Shown here piece by piece: positions 20,003 through 29,643 of a stretch of DNA of 64,000 bases (the stretch's first letter is position 1; each line of letters begins with the position of its first letter). The stretch is from Escherichia coli (GTDB lineage: Bacteria; Pseudomonadota; Gammaproteobacteria; Enterobacterales; Enterobacteriaceae). The stretch lies in NCBI RefSeq assembly GCF_048403405.1, contig NZ_CP183131.1. One strand, 5' to 3'. The notes beneath the pieces are model-generated. The model had not been told where the DNA came from, searched no databases, and saw nothing but the letters and a program-made list of their open reading frames with translations. A program made the translations under genes and the position numbers.

Positions 20003-21716
20003 ACTCAGCTCTCCTTCTCGCAATGAAATCGCGCAGGTAGCGAGCATTCGGGAAACCGAGGCTTCCCTGACTCATCAGGACATCGTTCCAGTCAATCCCT
20101 TTCGCTCTGGGCGGGATCGGGAGTTTAGGCAGCAGGACGTACACACGAATGCCGCGCTTCTCCAGCTTGGCTTTCAGCACGTTCGCTGACTTCTCACCAG
20201 TCACAGACTTATCTTTGTCAGCCCAGATCAGTACGGTGTGAACACCTTCTGGAACCTCGAAGGACTCCATCAGGGTCGCATTGACCGTTGACCAAACCGG
20301 GATTTGAGTGACTCGATAAGCTGACAGGGCTGTTTCCAGCCCTTCTGCAACACCCAGGATACCCTCAGTCGGTTCACCGAGGCGGATGGCCGCGCCATTG
20401 ACATCCAAACCGTCAGGAATGGGCATCATCTTCTTGGCGTTGCCGACCTTGGCTTTTTTACCGTTTTGGGTGAGATAGGTGCGGTGGAGCGTTACCAGGT
20501 TGCCTTCCACATCTCGGATAGCGCAGACGATAGCCGGGAATTTCCCAACTTCATTGCCATCTTCGTCGTAGTAGGCCATAGCCGGATTGAACCGCAGACA
20601 GTCTGTTTTTTCTACTTCATCAACCTTGAACAGAAGCTCGCGGTTTTTGAAGTACAGACGCATTGGCTCAGTCACATGACTGGAGAACGGCAAACACTCG
20701 TTCCATACCTTCTCGATTTTCTCACGGAGACGAGCACTGTAAGCGCGTTCGCGCTCCATTCTCTTCTCCATTTCTTCTTGGAGCTCAAGCAGCCAAGGCT
20801 TAGGTTGTTCACGAAACATCGGAACAACTTTCGGCTTGTTTTCGCTGCTTTGCTCTTCCGGTTGTGTGGCCGCATGTTGTACTTGCGGTGCCGGAGCTTC
20901 TACCGTGCGGTTGACCACAGGGGCCGACTCAACATGGTGACTCACCGGCTCAACACCACCGTTCGAGCGAGCGCGGAACTGCGTTACCGTAGCGCCGCGA
21001 CGTTCCACCAGCCAGGTGTTGCGATGCGTTTGCATAGGTTGTTCTCTCACAACATTCCCCTGCTCGTCCTTAACTTCAACGACGACAGTTACAGGCTCGC
21101 GCCCGAGGTTTGTCATGACGATCTCATCCCCATACTTGGCTTCACTTTCACCAATGGCTCTTTCAAGATCCACGCCCCAGATGGTGCGTTCCAAACCGCT
21201 CTTGTCACGGATGAAGGCAAAGTAGCTGAGCTCGTTGTCTTCGTTATGCTCATAAGGAGCTTTACCGTGGGCAATCAGAGTACCGGCAATGGATTTTTTA
21301 CGATTCTTGGAATCGAGAACCTTGTTATTCACCTTCATAGGCTCTTGCTGAACAGGCGCTTTGGCCTGGACAGGAGCTCGTGTCGGTGCAGCGGCTTGTT
21401 GATACTGGGGTTGCTCTTTCTCAACGCCCAGATAATCACCAACCTCGCTCAGGCACTGTTTAAAGTCCCAGTTATTGAGCCACATCAGCAGCTCAAAACC
21501 ATCATGATTGGCACCGCATGTATTGCATACGCCGCCACCAGTCAGGTGGGCATCCTTGAACAGTCGGAAGCCATCTTTCCCGCCGTGGATAGGACAAGAA
21601 ACATGACGACCAGGTTTACGGAGAGCTGGTTCAAGATGGGGCGCTAGGGCCGCCAGGATGAATAGCCAGTTTCCGTTTGCAGCTTCACGAACGGTGTCAG
21701 CTTTGTAGTAAGACAT
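19989..21716 (-). CDS. pri: DNA primase (zinc-binding + Toprim domains)
   Basis: CPIHGGKDGF..GGGVCNTCG zinc motif. Toprim motifs GVAEGLETALS and IWADKDKS. ATG at 21716 follows AAGGAG. Confidence 0.85.
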   Translation of the reverse strand: MSYYKADTVREAANGNWLFILAALAPHLEPALRKPGRHVSCPIHGGKDGFRLFKDAHLTGGGVCNTCGANHDGFELLMWLNNWDFKQCLSEVGDYLGVEKEQPQYQQAAAPTRAPVQAKAPVQQEPMKVNNKVLDSKNRKKSIAGTLIAHGKAPYEHNEDNELSYFAFIRDKSGLERTIWGVDLERAIGESEAKYGDEIVMTNLGREPVTVVVEVKDEQGNVVREQPMQTHRNTWLVERRGATVTQFRARSNGGVEPVSHHVESAPVVNRTVEAPAPQVQHAATQPEEQSSENKPKVVPMFREQPKPWLLELQEEMEKRMERERAYSARLREKIEKVWNECLPFSSHVTEPMRLYFKNRELLFKVDEVEKTDCLRFNPAMAYYDEDGNEVGKFPAIVCAIRDVEGNLVTLHRTYLTQNGKKAKVGNAKKMMPIPDGLDVNGAAIRLGEPTEGILGVAEGLETALSAYRVTQIPVWSTVNATLMESFEVPEGVHTVLIWADKDKSVTGEKSANVLKAKLEKRGIRVYVLLPKLPIPPRAKGIDWNDVLMSQGSLGFPNARYLRDFIARRRAEYGRH

Positions 21717-21893
21717 AGGTTTTCTCCTTAGCGTGAACCCCAGCATCGAGGCTTCCTTAAACCCCCGTCGCCAGGGTTTTAAGGAAACCCCGACACCGGG
21801 AGAATGTGCCAAGGAGGCTCCCCAGCCGGGGAGAACTCCCCGGCGAGGGGTTTAAAAAGGTCGCCCCCGAAACGGAGGCGAATTTTGTGAATA

Positions 21894-22280
21894 TCACAAG
21901 CACAAATGAGTGCCATCTTCCGAGGCCATCATGATTGTGACATCTGCGGTTACAGGATCTGACTTAATCACAACCTCAGTGGGTTTGAAAAAGCCATCTA
22001 CAGTGGGCATGGGGTAATAAAGACGAATCTTTCCCCAATTCTTGTTGTCGGTAAAAGCGACCTTTGTTTGAGCAACACAAAGCTGCAAAAACATGAAAAG
22101 GAAGTCTTCTACCGAGTGCTTACCATCTGCACCAAATACTCCATCGACAATTGCCGGGGTCACTGCCACATTGGTCAGGAAACCAGCTTGTTTACCGATG
22201 GAAGATTGGTCCACCAGCAGACCATCATTGATGGCTTGTTGACGGATTTGGGCGAGGTCCAATTTAGCTACTTGGTTCAT
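21894..22280 (-). CDS. hypothetical protein (128 aa)
   Basis: ORF with a GGAG SD. No family recognised. Confidence 0.65.
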   Translation of the reverse strand: MNQVAKLDLAQIRQQAINDGLLVDQSSIGKQAGFLTNVAVTPAIVDGVFGADGKHSVEDFLFMFLQLCVAQTKVAFTDNKNWGKIRLYYPMPTVDGFFKPTEVVIKSDPVTADVTIMMASEDGTHLCL

Positions 22281-22344
22281 AAGGTGTACTCCAAAGTTAA
22301 TGGGTACACCTACCCCGTGCGGGGAAGTGTACCCGCATGGGTTA
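22281..22344 (-). promoter_or_regulatory. intercistronic RNA switch (arms GGGUACAC / GUGUACCC / GUACACC)
   Basis: Sense UAACCCAUGCGGGUACACUUCCCCGCACGGGGUAGGUGUACCCAUUAACUUUGGAGUACACCUUAUG. Confidence 0.6.
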
Positions 22345-22381
22345 TTGAAAGGTCACGGCCAAAGCCGAGCTTTAAGGTTCC

Positions 22382-22537
22382 GAGTTTTACGCTGGCTGAA
22401 TGCGCCAAAGAACGGTCGGAGGAAACGAGTCAGCGACACGCTTCACATTCGCGTAAAGAGTGTCCTTAAAGACACGCTCTAAGCGACGACCACCTTGACG
22501 ATAAACCAACTTAAAGTCTTGGAATTTGTTCATGGAT
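22382..22537 (-). CDS. unannotated small basic protein (51 aa) MNKFQDFKLVYRQGGRRLERVFKD..
   Basis: GGAGGTATCC precedes the ATG. First cistron after leader element H. Confidence 0.4.
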
Positions 22538-22610
22538 ACCTCCAGAAATAACGGGAGGTATCTCCAGCAGGAGATAGACTCCCGCAGGGATTAATAAATT
22601 AACGTTAATT

Positions 22611-22669
22611 TGCTGTTTGTTTTTGGCGACCAGCTATCGCACGCTTTCGCCCTCAGGGAGGACAAAATC
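22611..22669 (-). promoter_or_regulatory. P1-P2 leader element, copy H (ops-like loop)
   Basis: Sense GAUUUUGUCCUC-CCU-GAGGGCGAAAGCGUGCGA-UAGCUGG-UCGCCAAAAACAAACAGCA. Confidence 0.65.
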
Positions 22670-22737
22670 TGCTTACTGATGGCTTAACCATGAGTAAGAA
22701 GACTTGGGAAGTAAAGCAGGGGTTTCCCCCTGCCTTG

Positions 22738-23589
22738 TTATGCCGCTTTGAGGTGGCGAGAGAAAAAGTCCCTGGTTTGCTGGATAGCGCCCCGGAGAAG
22801 TTCTCGTCTGTAGCCAGCGTAGCTCTTGTCATCACTGGCAACGGTCAAGCCGTGCAGACTCTCTTCACCCAGGACAATCTCGTTTTCACGAGAGAGTACC
22901 TCAACACGTAGGCCAAGCACTCGCTCTTTCCCTTCCAGGATAGAACAAATTGTTTGGTCTCTTACTTCGTCATCCCAGTGGCCCATATCGAAATCCCGCT
23001 CAGGGAGTTCAGTAACACGCACCAGGTAGTTTTCAGTGGCCCGTTCCCAAACCACTTCATCTTCGCATGGAGAGGCCTCGATCAGCGAGTACCCGTCCGC
23101 TTCGAGCTTCTTGGAAAGACTTTTTACATCATCCGCCAGCTCCAGCACAAAGCGTTCCCAGAGGTCTTGCCAGCGCTCGACCATATCCTGGTTAATCCCT
23201 TCAATGCCGGTGCCAATCATGGAATCATCATCAGGGAAGATCCCTGTGAAGTCCACGTTGTCGTCGATGTTCATGCAGTTCCAATGGCTGTAGTGATGCC
23301 CGTGACTATTCCGAGTAATGGACAGGTCACAGGAACCATATTCGCGGAGGACAGAAAGCATATTCTCAATGTCTTTCTGTGCCATCAGGTTCTTCACGCG
23401 GCTGACAGCATCCACTTGGCCGGGCTCAGTGCTGAATAGGCGATTCATGAGAGCTTTGACGTCATCAACGCTCAAATCCCCGTAGAAGGCTACGCCATCC
23501 CCCTGGCAGTATCCGAGACTGTACTCAATCGTCAGATCATCCGGGTATCCACACTTAACCAGTTCGTTTTGAAAATGCTGTTTAATCAT
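22738..23589 (-). CDS. hypothetical protein (283 aa)
   Basis: Start MIKQHFQ with an AAGGAG SD. No family recognised. Confidence 0.7.
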   Translation of the reverse strand: MIKQHFQNELVKCGYPDDLTIEYSLGYCQGDGVAFYGDLSVDDVKALMNRLFSTEPGQVDAVSRVKNLMAQKDIENMLSVLREYGSCDLSITRNSHGHHYSHWNCMNIDDNVDFTGIFPDDDSMIGTGIEGINQDMVERWQDLWERFVLELADDVKSLSKKLEADGYSLIEASPCEDEVVWERATENYLVRVTELPERDFDMGHWDDEVRDQTICSILEGKERVLGLRVEVLSRENEIVLGEESLHGLTVASDDKSYAGYRRELLRGAIQQTRDFFSRHLKAA

Positions 23590-23666
23590 TGGTATCTCCT
23601 TAATTTCAGAGGGAGACACCATCCCCTCAGGGACCGATGTCCCCCGTGGGGTTAATGTTTGGGTTA
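23590..23666 (-). promoter_or_regulatory. intercistronic RNA switch (SD GGAGAUACC pairs with GGUGUCUCC)
   Basis: Sense UAACCCAAACAUUAACCCCACGGGGGACAUCGGUCCCUGAGGGGAUGGUGUCUCCCUCUGAAAUUAAGGAGAUACCAAUG. The upstream stop is the first UAA. Confidence 0.6.
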
Positions 23667-24221
23667 AGAAGCCTTGCGGTTTAATTCAGTATCAAATCGA
23701 GGACCTTTGAGAACCGCAGTTTTCATAACCTCGAAGTTTCTTGGGTAACGCAGCTTTGAAACTGCGCCAGCTCGGATGTCGGCAGCCTCACTTGGAGAGA
23801 CTAGCCTTAACCCTTCGCTGGTTTCAGCGTAGAACCAACCGGCATAACGCTCATAGGCATTCTGCTGGTACTGTTCAGTCGCCATATTCTTCCGGATCGC
23901 CTCTGTTAAGGCCTCAACAACACCGTCATCTTTCGTGATGATGTTGAAAACATGAGAGACGGTCAGGAAGTTCCCAAAGAAGCAGGCTGCCCCAAGCCAA
24001 GGCTGGAACATTTCGCCATTTCGCCCCGTCCTCACCATTGGTTCAAACGGGTATGGGCGATAACAGTGATACTGCTCAAACATCGGGTCAAGAACGTTGT
24101 CACCCAGGACATCCAGTAAAGTCTGAATGCTGTCCGGGTCTTGGCCTGCCCACTTACTCCCATTGCTGAGAATCAGTGTTTTACCGTCAGTACGCTCCAG
24201 AGCTTGTTCAAAGTTAGACAT
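23664..24221 (-). CDS. hypothetical protein (185 aa)
   Basis: Start MSNFEQALE after AAAGGAAUGCACU. No family recognised. Confidence 0.65.
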   Translation of the reverse strand: MSNFEQALERTDGKTLILSNGSKWAGQDPDSIQTLLDVLGDNVLDPMFEQYHCYRPYPFEPMVRTGRNGEMFQPWLGAACFFGNFLTVSHVFNIITKDDGVVEALTEAIRKNMATEQYQQNAYERYAGWFYAETSEGLRLVSPSEAADIRAGAVSKLRYPRNFEVMKTAVLKGPRFDTELNRKAS

Positions 24222-24294
24222 AGTGCATTCCTTTTGGTTAGGACGCACCACACCCTCTCGGGATGATGCGCCCGAGTGGGTTAGTTGAGAAGGC

Positions 24295-24513
24295 TTAGCC
24301 GTCAAGTCCGTAAATTACGGCGGAGCCGGGCTCCATCTCGACAACTTGTGCGCTTCCTTCTTCTATCAGCTCCTGCATGTAACCAGACTCAGCATCCGGA
24401 TTACGTTCGCAGTGTTCGTCCCAGCGTTTCAAAAGCCCTTCTGTGGCTTGTCCGTGGGTCTCACCAAGGCCGATAAACTCATAGTGTCCTGTGTTTACGA
24501 TGATCACCACCAT
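24295..24513 (-). CDS. hypothetical protein (72 aa)
   Basis: Start MVVIIVNTG after AGGAGAG. Confidence 0.55.
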   Translation of the reverse strand: MVVIIVNTGHYEFIGLGETHGQATEGLLKRWDEHCERNPDAESGYMQELIEEGSAQVVEMEPGSAVIYGLDG

Positions 24514-24526
24514 AGCTAGTGCTCTC

Positions 24527-24796
24527 CTACAGGTCACTTGGTACATACAGGTCATCTTTGATGGCAGAAAAATCGACAGGAGACTGGTCCCCATAGGTTC
24601 GATTCACGCCACCAGCATCATCGACACTGACAAAAACCGTGCGGAGTAAACCGCTGGGCTTTGCAGGGTAAACGATGCTGACATGCTGACCTTTGTACTG
24701 TTCTGACAAAGTGCTTTGAAGCTCATCAACCGAACGGAATTTCCGGTCGCGGCCAAAGTCCTTAATCTTGATGTCGCCAGGGATTGGATTAGTCAT
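24527..24796 (-). CDS. hypothetical protein (89 aa)
   Basis: Its ATG overlaps the stop of the HD-domain gene (GATGACTAA). Confidence 0.6.
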   Translation of the reverse strand: MTNPIPGDIKIKDFGRDRKFRSVDELQSTLSEQYKGQHVSIVYPAKPSGLLRTVFVSVDDAGGVNRTYGDQSPVDFSAIKDDLYVPSDL

Positions 24797-25394
24797 CGTT
24801 ACCCCCTGCCAGCAGTTTATCTACTGAATGGCCGAGTCCGTTACCAAACCATTTGTCCAGAGCGTCGATTTCCGGGAAGTCCGATTTCACCTGAGCAACA
24901 ACACGTTCCATTTTGCTGAGAGCATCCTGGAACTCAAGGCCATTACCTGCGGCCACCTCAAGTTTGCACTTGATGTAAGCGGAGTAGGTATCACAGGCCT
25001 TAACCAGTGATTGTTCATAGCCACCGGGAGCGAAGGCTATGGCGACTGCATCCTGGAGTTCTTCGGGAAGAGTCTGGATGAGTTTGTCCTCTGCGGCCTT
25101 TTCCAGTCGTTCAAACTCACGCTGCAAAACAGCGTTTGCTTTCTTGACCGGTGTTACAACATCCGAACAGAGAACCTCGGCTGCATCATGCAACGAAGCA
25201 TGAGCAAGCATGACTGCCAGATCCACCGACTTCCCTTGCTGAATGGCAATATTGCCAGCCAGGTAGGAAAGCAGGGTAACAACAGCGCTGTGTTCCAACA
25301 CAGACTCCGGTTGAACAGAGTGCATCAGTGACCAGCGTTTGATCAGGCGTTGGCGCAAGGCCAGAGCTAGAAAGCCGAAATTTGAATTAGACAT
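24789..25394 (-). CDS. HD-domain phosphohydrolase (YfbR-like 5'-deoxynucleotidase)
   Basis: H..HD..D pattern: EHSAVVTLL, SLHDAAEVLCSDVVTPVK. Confidence 0.75.
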   Translation of the reverse strand: MSNSNFGFLALALRQRLIKRWSLMHSVQPESVLEHSAVVTLLSYLAGNIAIQQGKSVDLAVMLAHASLHDAAEVLCSDVVTPVKKANAVLQREFERLEKAAEDKLIQTLPEELQDAVAIAFAPGGYEQSLVKACDTYSAYIKCKLEVAAGNGLEFQDALSKMERVVAQVKSDFPEIDALDKWFGNGLGHSVDKLLAGGNDD

Positions 25395-25465
25395 AGTGCC
25401 TCCAAAATTGGTTGGAGGTACACCAAAGCCGACCGGGCCTTGGTGTACCCGGTTGGGTTACTTAG

Positions 25466-25669
25466 TTATCTCGGGTCAAGCTGCTTAGCTATAGCGAGTA
25501 AAAACGGATGGAATGGATGATCTTGCGGGACACCCCCAACAAGCTCACGGGCTAAACCGACTGAGTTTGTAGCCAACACCTCTTTGACGGCCAGAATGAT
25601 TTCATTGTCGATTTCATCCTGGGTCTTTCGTTGTTGGTCCACCAGCCGACTTAACTTGTCTAGGCTCAT
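25466..25669 (-). CDS. hypothetical protein (67 aa)
   Basis: First cistron of unit G. Confidence 0.55.
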   Translation of the reverse strand: MSLDKLSRLVDQQRKTQDEIDNEIILAVKEVLATNSVGLARELVGGVPQDHPFHPFLLAIAKQLDPR

Positions 25670-25732
25670 GCTTCTCTCCTTTGTTTGTGGGAGAGAACCC
25701 AGGAGGGGTTTCCTCCCGAGGGGTTAGGTTAT

Positions 25733-25773
25733 TGCTGTTTTGGGCCAGCTACCGTTATAGCCAGCAAGCGCTG
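25733..25773 (-). promoter_or_regulatory. P1-P2 leader element, copy G (degenerate, carries CGGTAGC)
   Basis: Sense CAGC-GCUU-GCUGGCUAUAACGGUAGCUGGCCCAAAACAGCA. Confidence 0.45.
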
Positions 25774-25810
25774 ACAATGAACAAAGAGTATGACAGCCAC
25801 CTAAAAGGGT

Positions 25811-25840
25811 AAAACGCTGTAATTGCCCTTTTGGGGTGCA
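25811..25840 (-). promoter_or_regulatory. AcaCD/SetCD-type activator box candidate (unit G promoter)
   Basis: Sense TGCACCCCAAAAGGGCAATTACAGCG. The -10-like CATACT lies 31 nt downstream. Confidence 0.45.
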
Positions 25841-25846
25841 AAAGAA

Positions 25847-25872
25847 AAAGCCCTCCCGAAGGAGGGCTTTTT
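25847..25872 (-). terminator. rho-independent terminator after the 817-aa gene
   Basis: Sense AAAAGCCCTCC-TTCG-GGAGGGCTTTTTCTTTT. Confidence 0.85.
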
Positions 25873-28324
25873 ATGCGGCCAAGGACAAGCCTTGCTGTCC
25901 TCTTTGCAACTCTGTGTCGTCGCGGCGATGTAAGCGTTGAACCGCCTTGATCATCGTTCTGACATGTCGCTCCAAAGAGGCTGGATGGCGTTTTGACAGT
26001 AGGTTGATCCAGTCGAGATAGATAGCAAGCGCGGAACCTTCGGTTAGGGCTGCCTGTATCGCCTCATACTGCCCTACGGCACTCTGGACCACATCATTCA
26101 CCCACTGGGCGTCAGTATTGTCCAAGAGCTCGCAGAGGGCCGTATAAGCCTTCCTTCTGGTCGCGGCCATGTAACGACGAATGTTGGCGTTTCCGCTCCC
26201 CTCTCGCCCTTCCATGACGCTCATACAGAATGCGCTGGAGTAACAAAGCATCGCGTCAGTCACGTAGTTAAACCATCGCTCCTGATGCCGTTTCTGTTCT
26301 TCCATTGCTTCCTGGTCAAGTTGCTTCTCGATGAACAACCCCGTCGGAGTACGGTGGTGCAGATGGTACTTGAACGTTAAGTGCAAGTTGACCCACCAGC
26401 GTACCGTTGCCAGTCTTCCCTTGATTTTTCGCTTCACCAGATCTTTGTACTTAGCATCGCTAAGCACTTTGACATCCTTGCGCTGTTGGATTCCTTCCAT
26501 CGTCTGTAGCCCTGTAAGGCCCATCTGGTGGTAGGTTTGACCTCTTTGCATCATACGGTGATACAAAGCGCCTTTTCCTTTCGCAAGCTGGATTGCTCCG
26601 AACCGAAGGTAGAACTGCGCTGCACTACCGGGCGTATAATGTCCCTTTAGTACAGACTCCCTTAGTCGCGGGTATTCGTTCCAGATGATGAACGCAGCGG
26701 AGTCGGGATCGACTTTCACTTCATCATCTTCTGCGAAGCAAACCACCCTTCTCTTTCCGTCTGCGGTATTGATCACTTGCGCTGCCAACGGGTCATCCCC
26801 GCCGTCAAAGTAAGCCATTTCCGCTAACGGATCGGCCAAGCCATCAGAAAGCGAACCATCGCCCCAGCGACCAACCTTCAACCACAATGGCTTCGGAATT
26901 GGTGACTGAGGAACGGTTTCACACTGCGGCTCGTCTTCCAGCAAGTCCAGATCACCCATCGACCAAACCCTGTGGTAAATCTCCAGGGCATGGAAAGGCT
27001 TATCATTGAAATGATGGAAGGCCCACATGAAGTCGATATGGACTAAAGCCTCTTCCGATATGATCCGGAATTGTGGCTCTGCCATTCGACGGTTCCAGTC
27101 GTTATCCTCTGCTTGACCAGTAGCCAGCTTGTATGCCAGCTCATCAGCTCTCTTTTGCTCCATGTAGTCCATGCTGCAACAGACATGAAGCAATCGTTCT
27201 AGGAAAACAGGACTGTAAACGTCCGGCTGTATTTTGATGTATCCGCCCTCGTAAATCGTTCGACCTACGGGATGGCGGTCTTCCCATGCGTACCGGCGTT
27301 TTGCCAAGTAGCGCTGGATGCGGTTCAGCCCCGACATATAGCCATGCCTTTCAGGGTCCGTGGCAAGCAACGTCTCCATTGACTTATCCAACCCAACAGC
27401 CTGGCAAGCCCAGCAACCGAAGCGAGCGCCACAGGCGTCACTGGCCTTCTTCTCTGTTGCCGACCACACGCACTCCCCTGTTGCCGCCTTGTAAAGCTCT
27501 GCCGTAGTGACATTGCTCTCCAAGTAACTTGGCAGAGGATATGCTGAGCCCATGCCAGCGGATAGTAAGAACTCCCAGACATCACTCGCCAACCAGTTTT
27601 TCACCACATACAGCTCACCCCCATCTTTCGTCTTAATGACGCGATCTGAGCTTCCTCGCTGTTTTGCAATGTTGGCCGCACGAATAGTGCTTTCAGCATC
27701 ACGACTGCCCAGCAAAAGGCAGACTTTCTGTCGAACCTCTTTGGGAAGCTCTCGCATATAAGCTGCCTTCGCTCTTTTGGCAGAGGTGATTTTTAAATCC
27801 TGGCTACACTGGCGGGCCGTGGAGTTGGAAAACGTAGGCAACCCCCTCCCAGTAAGGATTCGGCCCGTCCAACTCTGCGAGATCCCAGGCTTTGCTAGAA
27901 CGATGGTCAGAGGAAGGTTTTCCTTCGCAATGAAACGCTCCAGCTCGGCCAGTTTCTGATCCGCCAGCCACCTTACCTCTGGGCTTTCGATCAGTGTGTC
28001 AGTGTGCAAGATGAAGTGGTGCTGGCTGATGGTCGCCCCACTCCTTACAGCCCGGATCAGGGCCATCAGGAACAGGTGCAAGACCGTTTCAGAATCTTTA
28101 CCACTGGAATAGCCGATCATCATGGTCCACCCATCAATTAAGGCCGTGTGAATGGACTCAACCGATGACGTGATCAACGATGACAGACTGGTTCCTCTAC
28201 TGGCATCAACGAAGTTCAAATCCTCGTTATCAGTCAGTTCTGACCAAACAGAATCCCACTTATCCCCACGCAAAAGCACTGGGATGGGTTGTTCTGATAG
28301 ATCAAAGTTTAATGTTTGTTGCAT
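25871..28324 (-). CDS. PAPS-reductase/DndC-like PP-loop ATPase domain protein (817 aa)
   Basis: PP-loop MIGYSSGKDSETVL near the N-terminus, with a long uncharacterised C-terminal region. Confidence 0.75.
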   Translation of the reverse strand: MQQTLNFDLSEQPIPVLLRGDKWDSVWSELTDNEDLNFVDASRGTSLSSLITSSVESIHTALIDGWTMMIGYSSGKDSETVLHLFLMALIRAVRSGATISQHHFILHTDTLIESPEVRWLADQKLAELERFIAKENLPLTIVLAKPGISQSWTGRILTGRGLPTFSNSTARQCSQDLKITSAKRAKAAYMRELPKEVRQKVCLLLGSRDAESTIRAANIAKQRGSSDRVIKTKDGGELYVVKNWLASDVWEFLLSAGMGSAYPLPSYLESNVTTAELYKAATGECVWSATEKKASDACGARFGCWACQAVGLDKSMETLLATDPERHGYMSGLNRIQRYLAKRRYAWEDRHPVGRTIYEGGYIKIQPDVYSPVFLERLLHVCCSMDYMEQKRADELAYKLATGQAEDNDWNRRMAEPQFRIISEEALVHIDFMWAFHHFNDKPFHALEIYHRVWSMGDLDLLEDEPQCETVPQSPIPKPLWLKVGRWGDGSLSDGLADPLAEMAYFDGGDDPLAAQVINTADGKRRVVCFAEDDEVKVDPDSAAFIIWNEYPRLRESVLKGHYTPGSAAQFYLRFGAIQLAKGKGALYHRMMQRGQTYHQMGLTGLQTMEGIQQRKDVKVLSDAKYKDLVKRKIKGRLATVRWWVNLHLTFKYHLHHRTPTGLFIEKQLDQEAMEEQKRHQERWFNYVTDAMLCYSSAFCMSVMEGREGSGNANIRRYMAATRRKAYTALCELLDNTDAQWVNDVVQSAVGQYEAIQAALTEGSALAIYLDWINLLSKRHPASLERHVRTMIKAVQRLHRRDDTELQRGQQGLSLAA

Positions 28325-28474
28325 AGGGCCTCCTGGATTAGCAGGGTGCCCATCCCTTCCGGGAAAGCACCCCGGTAGGGTTAAAATTGAATCCTGGCTA
28401 TCAGACCTGAATGAATCGCCACGGGTTTAACAGACACCTCAGAGTCATTTAAGATGGCTTAAAGAGAGGTGCCC

Positions 28475-28753
28475 ATGAGCGGTAAGCGTTATCCCGAAGA
28501 GTTTAAAATTGAAGCAGTCAAACAGGTTGTTGATCGCGGTTATTCTGTTGCCAGCGTTGCAACACGTCTCGATATCACCACCCACAGCCTTTACGCCTGG
28601 ATAAAGAAGTACGGTCCGGATTCTTCCACTAATAAAGAACAGTCAGATGCTCAGGCCGAGATCCGCCGTCTCCAGAAAGAGCTGAAGCGGGTTACCGACG
28701 AACGGGACATATTAAAAAAAGCCGCGGCGTACTTCGCAAAGCTGTCCGACTGA
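28475..28753 (+). CDS. IS3-family transposase OrfA (HTH)
   Basis: MSGKRYPEEFKIEAVKQV.. and a leucine-zipper-like C-terminus ..RDILKKAAAYFA. Confidence 0.9.
   Translation: MSGKRYPEEFKIEAVKQVVDRGYSVASVATRLDITTHSLYAWIKKYGPDSSTNKEQSDAQAEIRRLQKELKRVTDERDILKKAAAYFAKLSD
28714..28720 (+). promoter_or_regulatory. programmed -1 ribosomal frameshift site (A7 then G)
   Basis: ATATTAAAAAAAGCC. orfB is in the -1 frame relative to orfA. Confidence 0.75.
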
Positions 28754-28809
28754 GGTACGCCTTTATCCGTGACAACACCTGTTGCTGGCCTGTTCGCCTG
28801 CTCTGTCGG

Positions 28810-29622
28810 GTGCTGGATGTTCATCCCAGTGGTTTTTACGCCTGGCTTCAGCAGCCGCATTCACAACGCCATCAGGCAGACCTAAGACTGACAGGACAGA
28901 TTAAACAGTTCTGGCTGGAATCGGGATGCATCTATGGTTATCGCAAAATCCATCTGGATCTGCGGGACAGCGGGCAACAGTGCGGAGTGAACAGAGTCTG
29001 GCGACTGATGAAACGTGTCGGGATAAAGGCTCAGGTTGGATACCGGAGCCCGCGAGCACGTAAAGGCGAAGCCAGTATCGTGTCGCCCAACAGGCTCCAG
29101 CGACAGTTCAATCCGGATGCTCCGGATGAGCGTTGGGTAACGGACATAACCTACATCAGGACCCACGAAGGCTGGCTGTATCTTGCCGTGGTTGTTGATC
29201 TGTTCTCACGCAAAATTATCGGCTGGTCCATGCAATCCCGGATGACAAAGGACATTGTCCTGAACGCACTGCTGATGGCTGTATGGCGGCGTAATCCCCA
29301 AAAACAGGTGCTGGTTCATTCGGATCAGGGCAGTCAATACACAAGCCATGAGTGGCAGTCGTTCCTGAAATCACACGGCCTGGAGGGCAGCATGAGCCGT
29401 CGCGGTAACTGCCATGATAATGCGGTTGCAGAAAGCTTTTTCCAGTTGTTGAAACGCGAACGGATAAAGAAAAAGCTCTACGGAACGCGGGAAGAAGCCC
29501 GCAGCGATATTTTTGATTACATCGAAATGTTTTATAACAGTAAGCGTCGGCATGGTTCTAGCGATCAGATGTCACCGACAGAATATGAAAACCAGTATTA
29601 TCAACGGCTCGGAAGTGTCTAG
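28810..29622 (+). CDS. IS3-family transposase OrfB (DDE integrase core), expressed as OrfAB fusion
   Basis: DDE-type motifs WVTDITYI, HSDQGSQYTS and NAVAESFF. The frame is open upstream to the slippery site. Confidence 0.9.
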   Translation: MLDVHPSGFYAWLQQPHSQRHQADLRLTGQIKQFWLESGCIYGYRKIHLDLRDSGQQCGVNRVWRLMKRVGIKAQVGYRSPRARKGEASIVSPNRLQRQFNPDAPDERWVTDITYIRTHEGWLYLAVVVDLFSRKIIGWSMQSRMTKDIVLNALLMAVWRRNPQKQVLVHSDQGSQYTSHEWQSFLKSHGLEGSMSRRGNCHDNAVAESFFQLLKRERIKKKLYGTREEARSDIFDYIEMFYNSKRRHGSSDQMSPTEYENQYYQRLGSV

Positions 29623-29643
29623 ATTATCCGTGGCGATTCAGAA

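Larger units (their letters stand above)
28412..29640 (+). mobile_element. IS3-family insertion sequence (1229 bp)
   Basis: Ends TGAATCGCCACGG.. / ..CCGTGGCGATTCA. 3-bp TSD GAA at 28409-28411 and 29641-29643. orfA/orfB with a slippery A-run. Confidence 0.92.

Noticed and set aside
20466-21647. 393-aa plus-strand ORF
   Set aside because: It is antisense to the primase gene, which has clear zinc-finger and Toprim motifs. It has no SD, its composition is low-complexity and Leu/Arg-rich, and such ORFs are typical shadows in GC-rich coding DNA.
22611-22642. Reading the TGGCGACCAGCTATCGCA core as a sigma-54 promoter (TGGCAC-N5-TTGCA)
   Set aside because: The GG and GC dinucleotides are two bases too far apart. 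The putative promoter would also point rightward, away from every gene it precedes.
22690-22911. 73-aa plus-strand ORF starting MSKKTW inside the repeated leader region
   Set aside because: The same ATG context in repeat copy B (47042) terminates after 10 codons, so the coding frame is not conserved. It is also antisense to the 283-aa gene.
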